From assembly GCA_963801275.1 (NCBI GenBank), contig CAWDEF010000001.1:522162-586161 (forward strand): a stretch of 64,000 nt of DNA. Direction: 5' to 3'. Position numbers and translations under genes: made by a program. Origin of the DNA: an uncultured Acidobacteriota bacterium (lineage in GTDB: Bacteria; Acidobacteriota; Thermoanaerobaculia; UBA5066; Gp7-AA6). The notes beneath the pieces were generated by a model. The model saw nothing but the letters and a program-made list of their open reading frames with translations. It did not search any database and was not told the DNA's origin. Shown here in pieces: positions 57,723 through 64,000 of this stretch (positions within the stretch are counted from its first letter, which is position 1; every line of letters starts with the position of its first letter).

Positions 57723-57825
57723 GCCTCAGCACTTCGATCAGAACATCCTGTCTCGGCGGGATGACAAGGGCGGTCCTGCGGCGTAGACGCCTCAAGTGTC
57801 CGCGGGCCCGGTCGAGGAGAAGCGG

Positions 57826-58659
57826 ATGAGTCGGTACAGCACCATCATCTTCGTTCCCCACGCCCGTGCCCGGTTCCGCAAGTTCACCGTCTCCACGCGC
57901 CTGCTCGCCGCGGCCGGAGCGGCGGCCTTCGCGCTGCTGGTTTGCGCGGTGGCCTTCGGCTGGGCCTACCTCTCGACCTCCCGAAGGGACCGCCAATACC
58001 TCGACGCGATTGCGGAGAACGCGCGCCTGCGCGTTTCGACCCGGAAGCTGGAACACAATCTGGCCGGGCTCTCGCGGGATCTGGCCCAGTTCGAGGACAG
58101 GACGCGCCGCCTGGCGATCGTGGCCGGCCTCCCGCGAGAAGAGATCGGTCAGGGCGGGCCGTTTGAGAAAGCCGACCCCGCCTCACCGGAGGCTCGCCAC
58201 GCAATCGCGGCGCGCCTGGATGCCCTCGAGTCCCAGCTCGCCCGAAGCGAGGAGGTGGCCTCCTCGACGCCCACCGTCTCACCGGTGCGGGGAGCGATGA
58301 ACTCGGGCTTCGGCACCCGCCTCGACCCCTTCACAGGCTCGCCCGCGTTCCACATGGGCCTCGACATCTCGACGCGGCGGCGCGAGCCCGTCCTAGCCAC
58401 CGCGGCGGGCACCGTATTTCGCAGCGGCTGGTCGGGCGACTACGGCAACGTCGTCGAGATCGACCATCCGGCCGGGTATCGGACGGTCTACGGACATCTG
58501 GACGTGATCCTGGCCAGGGCCGGGCAGGCCGTCAAGCGCGGCGATCGGATCGGCCTGGTCGGGTCCACCGGCCGCTCGACGGGTCCTCATCTCCACTACG
58601 AGGTGCGTCGGGCCGACCACCCGGTCAATCCCCTCGATTACATCCTCGACGCCCGATAA
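57826..58659 (+). CDS. M23 family peptidoglycan endopeptidase (TM plus coiled coil)
   Basis: SD GAGGAG before ATG 57826; FHMGLD (HxxxD), [17 protein letters not shown]; upstream of secA. Confidence 0.93.
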   Translation: MSRYSTIIFVPHARARFRKFTVSTRLLAAAGAAAFALLVCAVAFGWAYLSTSRRDRQYLDAIAENARLRVSTRKLEHNLAGLSRDLAQFEDRTRRLAIVAGLPREEIGQGGPFEKADPASPEARHAIAARLDALESQLARSEEVASSTPTVSPVRGAMNSGFGTRLDPFTGSPAFHMGLDISTRRREPVLATAAGTVFRSGWSGDYGNVVEIDHPAGYRTVYGHLDVILARAGQAVKRGDRIGLVGSTGRSTGPHLHYEVRRADHPVNPLDYILDAR

Positions 58660-58766
58660 CGAACCGTCCCGGCGCCGTTACACGGCCAGCCGGCGGCGGG
58701 CTCCCGACTGCGCCCGGCGGGAAATTCGAAATAAACTCCCACCGTGGCGCTGTTTACCGTCCAAAT

Positions 58767-63058
<4,292 letters not shown>

Positions 63059-63062
63059 GCGG

Positions 63063-64000
63063 CTACTTCCGGGGGCGGCGCGCCTTGGTGTCCGTGCTCT
63101 CTTCCTTCTCCCATTTCTCGCGCCGCTTCTTGAGAATGGCCTCCAGGCGCTTGGAGAGCTCCCCCTCTTCGCCGGCCGCGCGCGGCCGATAGTAGCGGCG
63201 CCCGCGCAGCGCCTCGGGCAGGCACTCGATACCCCCGACGCCTTCAGGCTCGGCATGGGCATAGCGATAGCCGAGGCCGTAGCCGACTTCCTTCATGAGC
63301 CGCGTGACGGCGTTGCGAATCACCGGGGGCACCGGCTCCGCGGGCTTCTCGGCGACATCGGTCTTCGCCTCGGTCTCGGCCTCGTACAGGGCGTTCGACT
63401 TGGGCGCCAGGGCGCAATACACGGCCGCCTGCACCAGCGCGAGCGAGCCTTCGGGCAGGCCGAGAAAGTCGAAGGCCTCCTTCGCGTCGAGCGCGACGGA
63501 TAGCGCCCGAGGGTCAGCCAGCCCGACGTCCTCGGAGGCGAACCGCACGATCCGACGGGCCACGTAGAGCGCATCCTCGCCCGCCTCGAGCATCCGCACG
63601 AGCCAGTAGACGGTGGCGTCCGGATCCGACTCGCGCATCGACTTGTGGAGCGCCGAGATGAGGTTGTAATGCTCCTCGCCCGCCTTGTCATAGAGGAGAA
63701 CCTTTCGCTGCAGCAGCTCCCGGAGGCGCGACACCTCGATCCGCTTGGTCTTGCCGGCTTCGGCGTCGGCCGCCGCCGCTTCGAGCAGATTCAGGGCTCG
63801 CCGCGCGTCGCCGCCCGAGGTCTGGGCGATGAAGGAGAGCGCCTCGTCGTCCAGCCGGAAATCGCGGGCACCGAGCCCCCTCGGGATGTCCTGCAGCGTG
63901 CGCCGGACGATGCGCGCGATCGCCTCGGGTGCCAGCGGCTCGAGGACGACGACTTTGCACCGGGACAGCAGCGCCCCGTTCAATTCGAAGGAAGGATTCT
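63063..64000 (-). CDS. rarA: Replication-associated recombination protein A (5' end outside the window)
   Basis: NPSFELNGALLSRC, GDARRALN, YDKAGEEHYNLISALHKS, ASEDVGLADP, APKSN, GYRYAH. Confidence 0.95.
   Translation of the reverse strand, partial: NPSFELNGALLSRCKVVVLEPLAPEAIARIVRRTLQDIPRGLGARDFRLDDEALSFIAQTSGGDARRALNLLEAAAADAEAGKTKRIEVSRLRELLQRKVLLYDKAGEEHYNLISALHKSMRESDPDATVYWLVRMLEAGEDALYVARRIVRFASEDVGLADPRALSVALDAKEAFDFLGLPEGSLALVQAAVYCALAPKSNALYEAETEAKTDVAEKPAEPVPPVIRNAVTRLMKEVGYGLGYRYAHAEPEGVGGIECLPEALRGRRYYRPRAAGEEGELSKRLEAILKKRREKWEKEESTDTKARRPRK

Overview
GC-rich bacterial chromosome segment, almost fully coding (about 57 genes) and mostly housekeeping. Gene content and order suggest a diderm, most likely Acidobacteriota (inference, not searched). 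In order: a nucleoside-salvage operon (deoB-GT2-nupC-punA-deaminase-pdp); nfuA, an ATP-grasp ligase and an Ntn acylase; a TolC-Yip1-ABC ATPase module; ffh-rpsP-khpA-rimM-trmD-rplS-rnhB followed by an SgmX-like TPR gene and oppD/F; a Thr-rich lipoprotein, a diguanylate cyclase and a methyltransferase/GT4 pair; queG-CNNM-IDH-trmB; pgsA; a Zn-finger-bearing polysaccharide deacetylase and a phosphohexomutase; TPR-AIM24, SLT and pilT-like-recX-alaS; ilvE; CIRCE-hrcA-grpE-dnaK-dnaJ-prmA-rsmE; an MglA GTPase with a long C-terminal extension; mltD, comM, M23, secA, guaB and rarA. No rRNA, tRNA, CRISPR array, integrase or transposase was seen. Most notable: (1) parts of a Myxococcus/Bdellovibrio-type polarity module (extended MglA without adjacent MglB, SgmX-like TPR protein, PilT paralog); (2) two genes that apparently need CTG starts in CTGA overlaps; (3) many apparently leaderless genes; (4) two CTAG-flanked non-coding inserts, one a clear MITE; (5) an efflux module with no permease. 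Most long ORFs in the supplied track are antisense or frame shadows caused by high GC.
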